Counted from the stretch's first letter, positions 35,488-46,137 are shown. The stretch is 64,000 bases of DNA from Anaerohalosphaeraceae bacterium (GCA_050309605.1 JBNRMN010000020.1:90394-154393); one strand, 5' to 3'. Notes: generated by a model not told the origin, from the letters alone. Numbers and translations are program-made.

Positions 35488-36558
35488 ATGATCGAACGAC
35501 GACAAACAAAAACGGTACGTATCGGCACAGTGCAGGTGGGCAGCGGCCACCCGGTGGCGGTGCAGTCGATGACCAAGGTACTGACCACAGACGTTGCAGC
35601 CTGTATGCGGCAGATTAAACGCCTGGCGGCGGCCGGCTGCGCCTTGGTTCGGGTCGCCGTGCCGACACGGGCCGATACGCAGGCATTTGCAAAAATTGTC
35701 GAAAAATCGCCTGTTCCGCTTGTGGCGGATATTCATTTTGCCCCGCAGCGCGCCATCGAGGCACTGGAAGCCGGAGCGGCCAAGATTCGGCTGAATCCCG
35801 GCAATATCAAAGATCCCGAAGATATTCGGCGCATCATTGACTGCGCCAAACGACACGGTGCGGCAATACGAATCGGGGTCAATGAGGCCAGCATCCGCGA
35901 TCTGAAACACACGGATGTGCGGCAGGATCAGCGCGTCAGCCTGATGGTAAGCGAAATGAAAACGTATGTGCGATTTTTCGAGAAGGCCGGCTTTGACCGT
36001 ATCGTCCTCAGCGCCAAAAGCGCCGATACGATGCGAACCATTGACGTTAATCGCGCTATTGCCCAATCGTTTGACTATCCCATTCATATCGGACTGACCC
36101 ACGCGGGACTGGCCGAGGATGCACGGACGCCGTCGGCGGTGGCCATCGGAACGCTGCTGGCCGAGGGCATCGGCGATACGATTCGCGTAAGCATCGCCGG
36201 TGATCCGGTGCAGGAAGCCCGGCTCGGAAGTGACATTTTAGCGTCGCTTGGACTGGCCCAAAAACACGGTCCGGAGTTGGTGGTCTGCCCGACCTGCGGA
36301 CGCTGTGAAGTGGACGTAACCGGCCTGGCGCGGAAGGTACGCAAACTGCTGAGAACACTCGATACACCCGTGCGCGTCGCGGTGATGGGCTGTATCGTCA
36401 ACGGTCCGGGCGAAGCGGCGGACGCCGACGTTGCGGTTTGTGCGGCCAAAGGCAAAGGCTTTCTCTATCGCCGCGGAAAACGGATCGCCGCGGTGGCTGA
36501 GGCCGACCTGCTGGATGTGCTGCGCCGGGAAATCACCGCTGAAACATCAGAGGTCTGA
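35488..36558 (+). CDS. ispG: (E)-4-hydroxy-3-methylbut-2-enyl-diphosphate synthase
   Basis: VAVQSMT, PLVADIHF, IRLNPGNI, GIGDTIRVS, CPTCGR, MGCIVNGPGE. Confidence 0.97.
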   Translation: MIERRQTKTVRIGTVQVGSGHPVAVQSMTKVLTTDVAACMRQIKRLAAAGCALVRVAVPTRADTQAFAKIVEKSPVPLVADIHFAPQRAIEALEAGAAKIRLNPGNIKDPEDIRRIIDCAKRHGAAIRIGVNEASIRDLKHTDVRQDQRVSLMVSEMKTYVRFFEKAGFDRIVLSAKSADTMRTIDVNRAIAQSFDYPIHIGLTHAGLAEDARTPSAVAIGTLLAEGIGDTIRVSIAGDPVQEARLGSDILASLGLAQKHGPELVVCPTCGRCEVDVTGLARKVRKLLRTLDTPVRVAVMGCIVNGPGEAADADVAVCAAKGKGFLYRRGKRIAAVAEADLLDVLRREITAETSEV

Positions 36559-36594
36559 ACATCGAAACAACCGGAATAGGCCGTTTGATGGTGG

Positions 36595-37530
36595 TCAGGC
36601 AATCGCCAGTACCGCGGCCAGGGAACCGATCGACAGGACCGAGCTGATCACGATGATGTCAGCGGCCAGGCCGGAATCGCTGTCAATCTGATCGGCCAGC
36701 ACCAGCGAGGAGACCGCCGTGGGAACGGCCAGCAATATCAAGACCACATGCATCTGACCGGTATCCAGCCCCAAGGCTTTTCCCGCCAGATAGCCGGCCA
36801 ATGGACCGACTCCGATCTTTATGGCGGTGGACCAGAGGGCTGCCGGTGAAAAAACGCCGCTTTTTCTGCCGGTGATCATCGCGCCGGTGGCGATCAAGGC
36901 CAGGGGCAACGCCATCTGGGCCGTGGCGTCAAACGCACGCTGAATCGCCCAGGGCATATGAAATCCTGCAGCACCCCAGCACAAACCGGCAACACAGGCG
37001 AGTATGAACGGGTTGGTGATGAGACGTCGTGCAATTTTGCGAGGCGCGGTTTTGTCGAGCTTGTGGTGTCCCAGCAGCAGAACAATCACTGAAGCGACCA
37101 GGTAAAACGGCATAATCATCGCCAACACAAGCACGGCAAGCTGGGTGGTCTGCGACGCATCCACGCCGGGCAAATCAGCCACACTGTAGGCCAAAACGGG
37201 CAGCCCGACATAGACGGTATTGCCGTGAAATGTGCCCTGGACGAAAGCGCCGACACTTGGGCCGGATAGTTTCAGGGCGGCAGCAGCCCAATAGGCCACG
37301 ACAATACACACCGAGATGGCAATAAACATCGCGAAAAACGGGGTCGCGGCCCGCCCCAGATCGTATGCGGCGGTGGCCACCTCGATGAACAACAGTGCCG
37401 GCAGGCCCACCCAATAGACCAGTTTGTTGATCCCGCCGACCAGATCGCCGGTCAGGAAATTGCTTTTGCGCAGGACAAATCCCAGACCGATTAAAAGAAA
37501 TACCGGTACCAATGTATTGACCAGATGCAT
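36595..37530 (-). CDS. AEC (auxin efflux carrier) family transporter
   Basis: PVFLLIGLGF, LPALLF, GNTVYVGLP, NPFILA, PTAVSS. Confidence 0.88.
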   Translation of the reverse strand: MHLVNTLVPVFLLIGLGFVLRKSNFLTGDLVGGINKLVYWVGLPALLFIEVATAAYDLGRAATPFFAMFIAISVCIVVAYWAAAALKLSGPSVGAFVQGTFHGNTVYVGLPVLAYSVADLPGVDASQTTQLAVLVLAMIMPFYLVASVIVLLLGHHKLDKTAPRKIARRLITNPFILACVAGLCWGAAGFHMPWAIQRAFDATAQMALPLALIATGAMITGRKSGVFSPAALWSTAIKIGVGPLAGYLAGKALGLDTGQMHVVLILLAVPTAVSSLVLADQIDSDSGLAADIIVISSVLSIGSLAAVLAIA

Positions 37531-37927
37531 CACAGACACCCTGCAAATTAAGATTATTTTCTTAGCCATAGCCCCCCGGCCCGACAGGCTGTTCCAATGC
37601 GTGTTTATACCGGATTGAAACCAAAAAGCGAGAACATTTATTTCCATCCCGCCCCACGGACCATCCATTCCGTGTAAGGGACTCAATAACACATACGGCC
37701 GGGGAGGCATCACTGTTTGACGTCGTCAAAACCCAAAATCACCGGCGAAAGTTCAGGACTTTGCGGTTAATCCCGCTTTCGATTCTGTTCGATTGGCTGA
37801 ATCTTTTTAGAAAATCAACCGTATCGCCGCGAACATTTTCGAAAACCCTTTTCAGTTCAGGACGTATCCGGTTCTACGATCTTTGATAAATCAGAGCGAC
37901 AATGCTTTTTTGAAAAGGGAGAAAACC

Positions 37928-38602
37928 ATGAAAGATAACTTTCGACAATATGTGACAGGAACCACGCTGCTGGTGGCGGTATGCAGCGCCGGCGTGTGGG
38001 CCGGGCCGGTGTTTTCGTTTACGGGAATCACCCATAACTCTGCGGTCAACACCCAGATCGGACAGACCCAGTTATCTGTCGAAGTGCAAGACGCCGGTGC
38101 GGGACAAGTCCGCTTTATTTTTCGCAACAGCGGCCCTGCTGCGTCAACAATCACCCAAATCTATTTTGATAATGGTCCCGGCAGCCCACTGGCATCCATC
38201 GTCGGATTTGATTATTCCAATCCGGGGATCGCATTCACAGTCGGCGCTGTTCCGTCGAATGTGCCGGGGTGGAATAATGTGACGCCGAATTTTCAAGCGA
38301 CCGCCGGATTGACAGCCGGCGCCGCCGATCCCGCGCCGCACAACGGCGTCAATCCCTTCGAATGGGTAGGGATCACCACAAATCCGGCCGTACCGTACAC
38401 CTATGCGGACGTGCTGGATCAGCTCAGTTCAGGCGCGCTGCGTATCGGCATCCATGTCCAGAGTTTTGCAAACGGCGGCAGTGAGTCGTTTGTAACGACC
38501 TGGAACAGGCCGCCCATCGTACCGGCGCCCGGATCGCTCCTGCTGACAACCATCGGACTGGGGGCTGTCCGTCTCGTGCGAAACCGGTACGTTCTTTCTT
38601 AA
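37928..38602 (+). CDS. PEP-CTERM-like sorting-domain protein
   Basis: Signal peptide; C-terminal VPAPGSLLL-hydrophobic-basic tail; RIGIHVQS. Confidence 0.8.
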   Translation: MKDNFRQYVTGTTLLVAVCSAGVWAGPVFSFTGITHNSAVNTQIGQTQLSVEVQDAGAGQVRFIFRNSGPAASTITQIYFDNGPGSPLASIVGFDYSNPGIAFTVGAVPSNVPGWNNVTPNFQATAGLTAGAADPAPHNGVNPFEWVGITTNPAVPYTYADVLDQLSSGALRIGIHVQSFANGGSESFVTTWNRPPIVPAPGSLLLTTIGLGAVRLVRNRYVLS

Positions 38603-38619
38603 CCGCAGCGCAATTAAAC

Positions 38620-38661
38620 AGGAAAGCCGGAGGCCGAGGGGAGCTCCGGTTTCCTTTTTTT
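38620..38661 (+). terminator. intrinsic terminator
   Basis: aggaaagccggag...ctccggtttcct followed by a T run. Confidence 0.7.
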
Positions 38662-38767
38662 ATCAATCATCCGGGCGATGCGAAGCAAAACCTTGACAAC
38701 AAATAGCCCCGTAACCTATCCTAAGGCAAGGCAAGGCAATCGGGGTTTCGATGTCAAAGGATGATGT

Positions 38768-39583
38768 GTGCGTGAGTGTTTGAAAAACAGCTTATTTGCG
38801 TGTGGAACAGAGGGTTTGCCGAAAACCGCGTTTATCGCAGGCCGGCAGTGGATCCGGGTGCGCACATTCAAGCATGACTTTTTTGCGGCAACCGGCCTGT
38901 ATGAAGCAACGGATTCAGCATCCGGTTCGGTCGATGCGCCTCGGCGGATGGTCCTGAAAATCAATCGTATTCAATCCTTTCTCGGCATTCCGCTGGGATG
39001 GATTGGACGATTTTTGAAACAGCGTGAATACCGTCTTTTGCAACGCCTTCAGTCGCTTGATCAGATTCCGCAACTGCTGGGTGAATACGGGCGAAACGGG
39101 TTTGTGTATCGATACATTGAGGGGCAGTCGCTTGATGAGCAACCGGATTTGCCGGACAGCTTCTTCGATGCCTTAACGCATCTTCTGGAACAAATCCATC
39201 GTCGGGGCGTGTGCTATCTGGATTTTAATAAGCGCGGCAATATCTTAATCGGAAACGACGGTCGGCCTTATCTTATTGATTTTCAAATTTCACTGATGCT
39301 TCAACGACGCGGCTTCAAATGGCTGTGCCGAAGGCTCCAGCGAGAAGACCATTATCATCTGCTCAAACACAAACGCCGCCTTCGTCCTGATTTGATGACC
39401 GACAGCGATAAGGCATTATCACGCCGTCAAAGCACGGCCATTCGGGTTCATCGTTTTCTGACCGTACCGCTGCGGACGCTGCGGCGGCGGCTGCTTGGAA
39501 TGCTGCATCGCAAAGGCCTGTTGAATCGCGACGACAGCTTCGACCCGACGCCGGAAAACGACCCGACCCGGTTCAAGTCCTGA
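38768..39583 (+). CDS. protein-kinase-like fold protein (RIO/Kdo-like)
   Basis: VLK, REY, YLDFNKRGNILI, LIDFQ. Confidence 0.75.
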   Translation: MRECLKNSLFACGTEGLPKTAFIAGRQWIRVRTFKHDFFAATGLYEATDSASGSVDAPRRMVLKINRIQSFLGIPLGWIGRFLKQREYRLLQRLQSLDQIPQLLGEYGRNGFVYRYIEGQSLDEQPDLPDSFFDALTHLLEQIHRRGVCYLDFNKRGNILIGNDGRPYLIDFQISLMLQRRGFKWLCRRLQREDHYHLLKHKRRLRPDLMTDSDKALSRRQSTAIRVHRFLTVPLRTLRRRLLGMLHRKGLLNRDDSFDPTPENDPTRFKS

Positions 39584-39679
39584 CATCAAAAAAATCGGGG
39601 GGATGAAATTGATTCAGTTTTTTGCTATAATACGAGTTTGGGGGATGGGCAAAAAGGATATAACTTTTCGGGAATTCAA

Positions 39680-40588
39680 ATGGATGTCCAAGGCGTCATT
39701 TTTGATATAAAAAAATATGCCATCCACGACGGGCCGGGGATCCGGTGCACGGTCTTTCTGAAAGGCTGTCCGCTTCGCTGTTCGTGGTGCCATAACCCCG
39801 AAAGCTGGGCGCCGCAGCCTGAGCCGATGTATCGGCCCGTGCGATGCGTCCGATGCGGACGATGCGTCGAAGTCTGCCCGGAATCGGCGATTACGCTGAA
39901 TGAGGAGGGCCTCATCACCGATTCTGCACGATGCAGCCGGTGCGGAACGTGCCTGACCGTTTGCCCGGCCAATGCACGGCAGATCGTTGGACGGACGGTT
40001 TGTGCGGCAGAGATACTGGAAGAGATTGAAAAAGACCTTGTTTTCTACGATACATCCGCCGGCGGCGTAACGTTTTCCGGCGGCGAGCCGCTGACGCAGC
40101 CGGATTTTCTCGAGACCTTGCTGATCGGCTGCCGACATCTGGATATTCATACCGCGGTGGATACCTGCTGCTATGCCGAGCCGGATGTCGTACGCCGAAT
40201 AGCAGAGTATTCCGACTTGTTTTTGTGTGATATTAAACATTTGGATCCGGACAAACACAAGCAATTTACCGGCGTGGAGAACACCCTGATACTGGACAAT
40301 ATCGCTCTGCTGGCGTCGCTGGGCAAAACAATGATAATCCGCATTCCGGTGGTGCCGGATTTTAACGATCAGCCATCGGACATTGAGCAGATCGGGCGGT
40401 ATATTAAAAGTCTGAAAAATGTTCAGCAAATTGATCTTTTGCCGTATAATGGCGGAGGCAGCGCAAAGGCCCGCCGACTGGGCCGAGGGGACGATGTTCC
40501 GCAACGACCCGCGGCGGATCGACATGCGATAAACGACTATGCACACCGTTTACGACGGTTGGGTTTTAATGTCAAAGTGGGTGGATAA
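39680..40588 (+). CDS. glycyl-radical enzyme activating protein (radical SAM with ferredoxin insert)
   Basis: HDGPGIR, GCPLRCSWCHNPE, two CxxCxxCxxxCP motifs, GGVTFSGGEP. Confidence 0.95.
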   Translation: MDVQGVIFDIKKYAIHDGPGIRCTVFLKGCPLRCSWCHNPESWAPQPEPMYRPVRCVRCGRCVEVCPESAITLNEEGLITDSARCSRCGTCLTVCPANARQIVGRTVCAAEILEEIEKDLVFYDTSAGGVTFSGGEPLTQPDFLETLLIGCRHLDIHTAVDTCCYAEPDVVRRIAEYSDLFLCDIKHLDPDKHKQFTGVENTLILDNIALLASLGKTMIIRIPVVPDFNDQPSDIEQIGRYIKSLKNVQQIDLLPYNGGGSAKARRLGRGDDVPQRPAADRHAINDYAHRLRRLGFNVKVGG

Positions 40589-40592
40589 TGCG

Positions 40593-42956
40593 ATGAATGA
40601 ACGAGTAGCACGATTGCGACGACAAAGTGTCGGCACCAAGCCCTATATCAGCGCCGAGCGGGCGGAACTGATCACCGACTTTTATCAATCCGGTAGTGCA
40701 ATGCAGGTCTCAGCACCCGTGCTGCGCGGGATGGCGCTCAAACATTTGATGGAGCATAAAACCCTGTGCATCAATGACGGGGAACTGATTGTCGGCGAAC
40801 GCGGCCCGGCGCCGAAGGCCACGCCGACCTATCCGGAACTGTGCTGTCATACGCTTGAGGATTTTGAGGTGATGAGCCGCCGTTCACGCACATCGTTCGA
40901 TGTGGCAGACTCGGTCAAGGCCGTCTATGCCGAGAAAATCATCCCCTTCTGGACGGGCAAGACGATGCGCGAGAAGGTGTTTGGCCAGATGAGCAGTGCC
41001 TGGCACACTGCTTTCGAAGCGGGCGTGTTTACGGAGTTTATGGAGCAGCGTGCACCCGGCCATGCGATCCTTGACGATAAAATTTACCATCGCGGGCTGC
41101 TGGACATGCAGGATGATATTCGCGCTCATCTGCGGCGGCTGGACTATCTGAACGATCCGGAGGCCTACGCCAAGGAGCAGGAACTGAAAGGGATGAGTCT
41201 GGCGATCGACGCGGTCTTGACGCTGGCGGCACGTTATTCGGATTACGCCGCCCTGTTGGCCGCAAATGAAAAAGATACCGTTCGTCGGCAGGAACTGGAA
41301 ACCATTTCGGCCATTTGCAGGCACGTACCGGCATACGCCCCGCGGACCTTTCATGAGGCGCTGCAGGCGTATTGGTTTATCCATGTGGCAGTCATTACCG
41401 AGCTGAACGTGTGGGATTCGTATAATCCCGGACGGCTGGACCAGCATCTGTACCCGTTCTATCAACGTCAGATCGAGGACGGGACACTGACCGCCGATCA
41501 GGCCAAAGAGCTGCTTCAATGTTTTTGGATCAAGTTCAACAACCAGCCCGCCCCGCCGAAAGTAGGCATCACGGAAGAGCAAAGCGGCACTTATACCGAT
41601 TTTGCTCTGATCAATATCGGCGGCGTCGATCCGGCCACCGGGGCCGACGCGGTCAACGAGGTATCGTATCTGATGCTGGATGTGGTCGAGGAGATGCGGC
41701 TGGTCCAGCCCAGTGCGTGCATTCAGATCAGCGCTAAAAATCCGGATCGCTTTTTGAAACGCGCCTGTCGCGTGATTCGCTGCGGGTTCGGGCAGCCGTC
41801 GGTCTTTAATACCGACGTGATTATCCGCGAGATGCTGCATGACGGCAAGACGATGTTTGACGCCCGCAGCGGCGGGCCGAGCGGCTGTGTGGAGACCAGC
41901 AGCTTCGGCAAAGAAAGCTGCACCCTGACCGGCTACTGCAACTGGCCGAAGATATTTGAGCTTGCGCTGAACAACGGCGTCGATCCGCGCACGGGCAAAC
42001 AGGTCGGCCTCCCAACCGGCCGCGCCGAAACGTTTGACTCCTTTGAACAGGTCATGCAGGCCTATGAACGACAGCTGGCTTATTTCATCGATCTGAAAAT
42101 CAAAGGCAACAATGTGATTGAACGGCTTTACGCGACGTATCTGCCGGCCATGATCATGTCCGTGATTACCGATGACTGTATCCTCAAAGGCCGCAACTAC
42201 CACAACGGCGGACCGCGATACAATACGACGTATATTCAGGGCGTCGGCATCGGCACGCTGACCGACGCGCTGACGGCGGTCAAGTTTCATGTTTTTGATC
42301 AGAAAGACGTGACGATGTCGGAACTGCTGGCTGCGCTGAAGTCAAATTTTAAGGGACACGAAACACTTGAAAACATACTGGCCCGCCAGACGCCGCGTTA
42401 CGGCCAGGACAATGACTACGCCGATGCCATCGCCGCCGAGGTATTTGAGCTTTATTTCAAACATGTCAACGGACGAGCCAATACCAAAGGCGGCCGCTAT
42501 CGCGTCAATCTGCTGCCGACCACGGTGCATGTGTATTTCGGGCAGGTTACCGGCGCCCTGCCGCACGGTCGCAGAGCCGGGCTGCCGCTTTCAGACGGCA
42601 TATCGCCCAGTCAGGGAACTCCGTCCTACGGGCCGACTGCGGTAGTCAAGTCCGCGTCCAAGATCGATCACAGCCGCACCGGCGGCACGCTGCTGAATAT
42701 GAAATTCAATCCGCAGGTGCTGGAAGGCGACGGACTGGATAAACTGCTGATGCTCATTCGCAGCTACTTTAAGTTGGACGGCCATCACATCCAGTTCAAC
42801 GTCGTCAACAAACAAACACTGCTCAATGCTCAGAAAAATCCGCAGGACTATAAAGATCTGATCGTGCGCGTGGCCGGTTACAGCGATTATTTTGTTGATC
42901 TGGGCGAAGACCTGCAAAACGAAATCATTGCCCGCACGGAACAGACATCGCTTTGA
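40593..42956 (+). CDS. hypD: glycyl radical enzyme, trans-4-hydroxy-L-proline dehydratase (HypD)-like
   Basis: PTYPELCCH, FTEFMEQRAPGH, FNNQPAPPKVG, TYTDF, SGCVE, LPTT, RVAGYS. Confidence 0.8.
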   Translation: MNERVARLRRQSVGTKPYISAERAELITDFYQSGSAMQVSAPVLRGMALKHLMEHKTLCINDGELIVGERGPAPKATPTYPELCCHTLEDFEVMSRRSRTSFDVADSVKAVYAEKIIPFWTGKTMREKVFGQMSSAWHTAFEAGVFTEFMEQRAPGHAILDDKIYHRGLLDMQDDIRAHLRRLDYLNDPEAYAKEQELKGMSLAIDAVLTLAARYSDYAALLAANEKDTVRRQELETISAICRHVPAYAPRTFHEALQAYWFIHVAVITELNVWDSYNPGRLDQHLYPFYQRQIEDGTLTADQAKELLQCFWIKFNNQPAPPKVGITEEQSGTYTDFALINIGGVDPATGADAVNEVSYLMLDVVEEMRLVQPSACIQISAKNPDRFLKRACRVIRCGFGQPSVFNTDVIIREMLHDGKTMFDARSGGPSGCVETSSFGKESCTLTGYCNWPKIFELALNNGVDPRTGKQVGLPTGRAETFDSFEQVMQAYERQLAYFIDLKIKGNNVIERLYATYLPAMIMSVITDDCILKGRNYHNGGPRYNTTYIQGVGIGTLTDALTAVKFHVFDQKDVTMSELLAALKSNFKGHETLENILARQTPRYGQDNDYADAIAAEVFELYFKHVNGRANTKGGRYRVNLLPTTVHVYFGQVTGALPHGRRAGLPLSDGISPSQGTPSYGPTAVVKSASKIDHSRTGGTLLNMKFNPQVLEGDGLDKLLMLIRSYFKLDGHHIQFNVVNKQTLLNAQKNPQDYKDLIVRVAGYSDYFVDLGEDLQNEIIARTEQTSL

Positions 42957-43011
42957 GCTGCATCATCGGCGCGACGATGCGCCCTGTTGTTCGACTCAGG
43001 AGCCGCGGCCG

Positions 43012-43818
43012 TTAATTTTTGAAAATTTTGCTGCCATCGGACCTGAGTTTTTCGTTGTGATCCTGAATAAACTGCCTGTGCCACTTGGGCGACCACAAGT
43101 ATTCCAATCCTTCATTGGAGACATGCCCGTCCAGAAACGAAATACCCACCGAACCTCGATGACGGTTGATCATCATTCGACGCATGTGATTATTAACCGG
43201 GCCATCGGAGCCGTGGTGGTCGCCACTGTAGCCGCGGTAATTGATGTCCAGATGAGACTGAACGGTGTCGGTATGCTTGGGCCATAAATCAGGCCACATG
43301 CTGTCAACAAACACCGGTACCGAAGACGGACTGCGCGTGCTCAAAAGGTTGGGGTACGCATACTGGTCGATATTGGCGCGGGACTCAACCCAACTGTAAT
43401 CATAACTGGTCGGATAACTGTACAGCCAGCCATTCAGTGCATACGCGCCATATTCATCGTTGCCGTCCACCGGCCAGCGCCACGCATGGACCGGCGACCC
43501 CTGGTGCCACTGCCGCTGCGTATCAGCCCGGACTGACGGACACAGCCGCACATCATCAATATTGCCGATCTCGTCGGCCAATTGGAGCAGATACAGCGTT
43601 GAGGGATTATAACTGAAAAGCTTTCCTTCGGTCTTTTCGGCATACAGACGCAGCGCCAGACCGAGCGAGCGAATATTGGATCGACAGGAAATTTCCTGCG
43701 CCTTTTCCTTGGCCAAGCGAAGCGAAGGAACAATGATCGATAAAAGCAGCGCAATAATTGCCACGACAACCAGCAGTTCGATGAGGGTAAAAGCCTGTTT
43801 ACTTTTCTTGTTTGTCAT
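43012..43818 (-). CDS. prepilin-type N-terminal cleavage/methylation protein with H-X9-DG motif (DUF1559-like)
   Basis: KQA/FTLIELLVVVAIIALLLSIIVPSL; CRSNIRSLG; HRGSVGISFLDGHV. Confidence 0.9.
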   Translation of the reverse strand: MTNKKSKQAFTLIELLVVVAIIALLLSIIVPSLRLAKEKAQEISCRSNIRSLGLALRLYAEKTEGKLFSYNPSTLYLLQLADEIGNIDDVRLCPSVRADTQRQWHQGSPVHAWRWPVDGNDEYGAYALNGWLYSYPTSYDYSWVESRANIDQYAYPNLLSTRSPSSVPVFVDSMWPDLWPKHTDTVQSHLDINYRGYSGDHHGSDGPVNNHMRRMMINRHRGSVGISFLDGHVSNEGLEYLWSPKWHRQFIQDHNEKLRSDGSKIFKN

Positions 43819-44043
43819 AAAAAATCGCCTTGATTGAAAAAACACCCACATTCAGCCAATCAAATCCGTTTGGTTGTGCAATGCGCAATGCGGCAAGGCT
43901 TTGGATTGGCATGATATCTGAAAAAACGCTTTTCTTATGACCCGTTTGGAGCGGGCTGCAACATTCCTGAACGAAACGCTGCAACACCGCTTCAAAACGA
44001 GTCGGCTGTCCACGACGCCGGTCAAATCGGCGTCGATGGGTTA

Positions 44044-46137
44044 TCATTCAATACACAGCGGGACGATACCGCATTCCAGCCATGTTTCCACAAAAGCCAT
44101 TAGATCATAAATGTCCACCCGACAATCTCTGAATTCCTCGCCGACACCGTCGGGACCGGCAATGTCAAATTCAGGATAGGTGATGCAAATCTTTTCGTCC
44201 TCTTTGAAGTTTACATACAGTTCAGCCGCTTCGACCGCATCCAGCGGATAACTCCAGATGCGCACATCGTCCAGCAGGCCGATATAAGGCACCGACCCGT
44301 CCGGCAGTTCGGCTCCGAAGATCAAATCGGCCGGACTGGGCTGCGGCACGTTTGTGTTGGTTGCCTGATTGCGAAGCACGCCGTTGACATAGACGCTGCC
44401 CTGGCCGGTGGCCGCATCATAGGTCCCAAGCACCAAATGCCACACATCATCGTCGATATTGTAGTTGGAGCCTAAATCGTTGAACGACTGACGCAGCGTG
44501 TGAATCGCCTGCCCAACCGAATTGTGCGTCAGAATGAAGCCGCGATTGGGACTCGGAGCCTGTTTGGCCACATAGGCGCCCCACGGGCTGGTCTGCGTTG
44601 TCTTGACCCAGGCACTGACTGAATAGCCCCGCGGATAGAAATTATAGAATTCCGCGCTGTCAGTCATCACAACGACATCTTCCGGCTGGCCGTAAAGGGC
44701 CAGCGCCTGACTGTCGATGCCCTCGACGAAATTCGGATCAACCGTGGTCCCGTCGAACGCCGGTGCACCGGGGTAAAGCTGCCCAATCGAATCCGTCAAG
44801 TCGCCGTTCAGCTTCCACCAGCCGACCTGACGCTCGGTCAGCAGTTGGGCCGTATTCGACGCATCCGGCGTCTCCAGCGCGTTGTCCACCTCGCAATGAT
44901 AGAACCCTTCATCAGCAAATTGGACGTTGGAAAGGGTCAACTCGGCGGTTGTCGCGCCGCTGACCGTGCCGCTGTCGCTCAATGCGAGGCCGTCTTTATA
45001 CCATTGGTAAGACTCGGCATTGATCGCCGTCACAGAGAACACCGCTTGGCCGCCGGCGGGCACGGTAACCCCGGCCGGATGGGTTTGGATCAGCGCCTTG
45101 GCAGGCGTCGTCGTAAACCACCACTCAATACCGGTGTGGACAATCGGCGACGGATCATTCGGCTCAACCGCATCAACGCGCCAATAATAGGTGGTGTCAT
45201 TGAGCAGACCTTCCGGATCATAGAAAAAGTCCGCCGGATCGTCGGTGGTCACTTTCACCGGCGCCGGGTATCCGATTGTATTGGGTTCCGTGCCCAAATA
45301 GACATCATAGGTAATACCCATTCCGCTGACGGCTTCCAGTTGTTCCCAACTGAGAATCGTATCGATACTGACCAGCTCCTCACCCGGCGCAGGGATCGGG
45401 TTGACGGCCACATACGGCGAAGCCTGCTCAATAATAACCGCAGTCAAGGTCCCTCGCTGTTCGCCGTCAAGGGTCAATCCCTGGATCGTCAGCGTCGAGC
45501 CGCTGGTTTCAATGGTCCAATAGTTGCCCACCACCTCGCCGGGCACGATCTCTGTCCAGTATTCGCCATGAGCATCGTTATTGTTGGTAATCGTCCCGTA
45601 GGCTCTGGCCGTCGTGGACTCATTGCCGCCAAAGACCCACTGGCCGTTGACCTGAAAATTGCGCGCGGGGAAACTATTCGGGGGAGTCGCCCCGTCGGCG
45701 TCCTGATTCTGGTCGGTGGCAATCAGCCCATACACACGATAACGGGCATAGGGAATGTTTGAAAACACGATATTGATCCCGGTACCGCCGTCATCAATGT
45801 AACCGACAGACAGTTTGTGCTCGTCATCTGCTGTGCCGTCGTGATTCCAATAGACCGTATTGGATTGCCACGTCACCGACACACCGGTGTTGATTCCCCA
45901 GTCATCAATCAGGTTTGACTTCGTACCGGCGGGAAGCGTCCCGGAATCGCGGACGTCTGTGATATTCCAGTTTGCGCTGTCGGTCTCGAGCGGGCCGATG
46001 AGCTGGCCGCCGTCGAAAATCTGGTTGCCTGAATTTTCGCTGAAATTCAGGGAGATAATGTCGGCGGCGATCGCCGAACCGCACGTCAACGTCAATACAG
46101 CCAACAACATAATACTGATTAGGTTTTTCGTTTTCAT
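44044..46137 (-). CDS. secreted multidomain protein: N-terminal beta domain, FN3-like, Ig, LamG, dockerin-like tail
   Basis: Signal peptide; YYWRVDA..WWFTT; YQWYKDG..DEGFYHC; WHLVLGTYD..LDDVRIW; DCRVDIYDL..WLEC. Confidence 0.85.
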   Translation of the reverse strand: MKTKNLISIMLLAVLTLTCGSAIAADIISLNFSENSGNQIFDGGQLIGPLETDSANWNITDVRDSGTLPAGTKSNLIDDWGINTGVSVTWQSNTVYWNHDGTADDEHKLSVGYIDDGGTGINIVFSNIPYARYRVYGLIATDQNQDADGATPPNSFPARNFQVNGQWVFGGNESTTARAYGTITNNNDAHGEYWTEIVPGEVVGNYWTIETSGSTLTIQGLTLDGEQRGTLTAVIIEQASPYVAVNPIPAPGEELVSIDTILSWEQLEAVSGMGITYDVYLGTEPNTIGYPAPVKVTTDDPADFFYDPEGLLNDTTYYWRVDAVEPNDPSPIVHTGIEWWFTTTPAKALIQTHPAGVTVPAGGQAVFSVTAINAESYQWYKDGLALSDSGTVSGATTAELTLSNVQFADEGFYHCEVDNALETPDASNTAQLLTERQVGWWKLNGDLTDSIGQLYPGAPAFDGTTVDPNFVEGIDSQALALYGQPEDVVVMTDSAEFYNFYPRGYSVSAWVKTTQTSPWGAYVAKQAPSPNRGFILTHNSVGQAIHTLRQSFNDLGSNYNIDDDVWHLVLGTYDAATGQGSVYVNGVLRNQATNTNVPQPSPADLIFGAELPDGSVPYIGLLDDVRIWSYPLDAVEAAELYVNFKEDEKICITYPEFDIAGPDGVGEEFRDCRVDIYDLMAFVETWLECGIVPLCIE

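Noticed and set aside
40593..42956. Pyruvate formate-lyase call
   Set aside because: Single-Cys GCVE loop rather than the PFL CC pair, and the activase has a ferredoxin insert.
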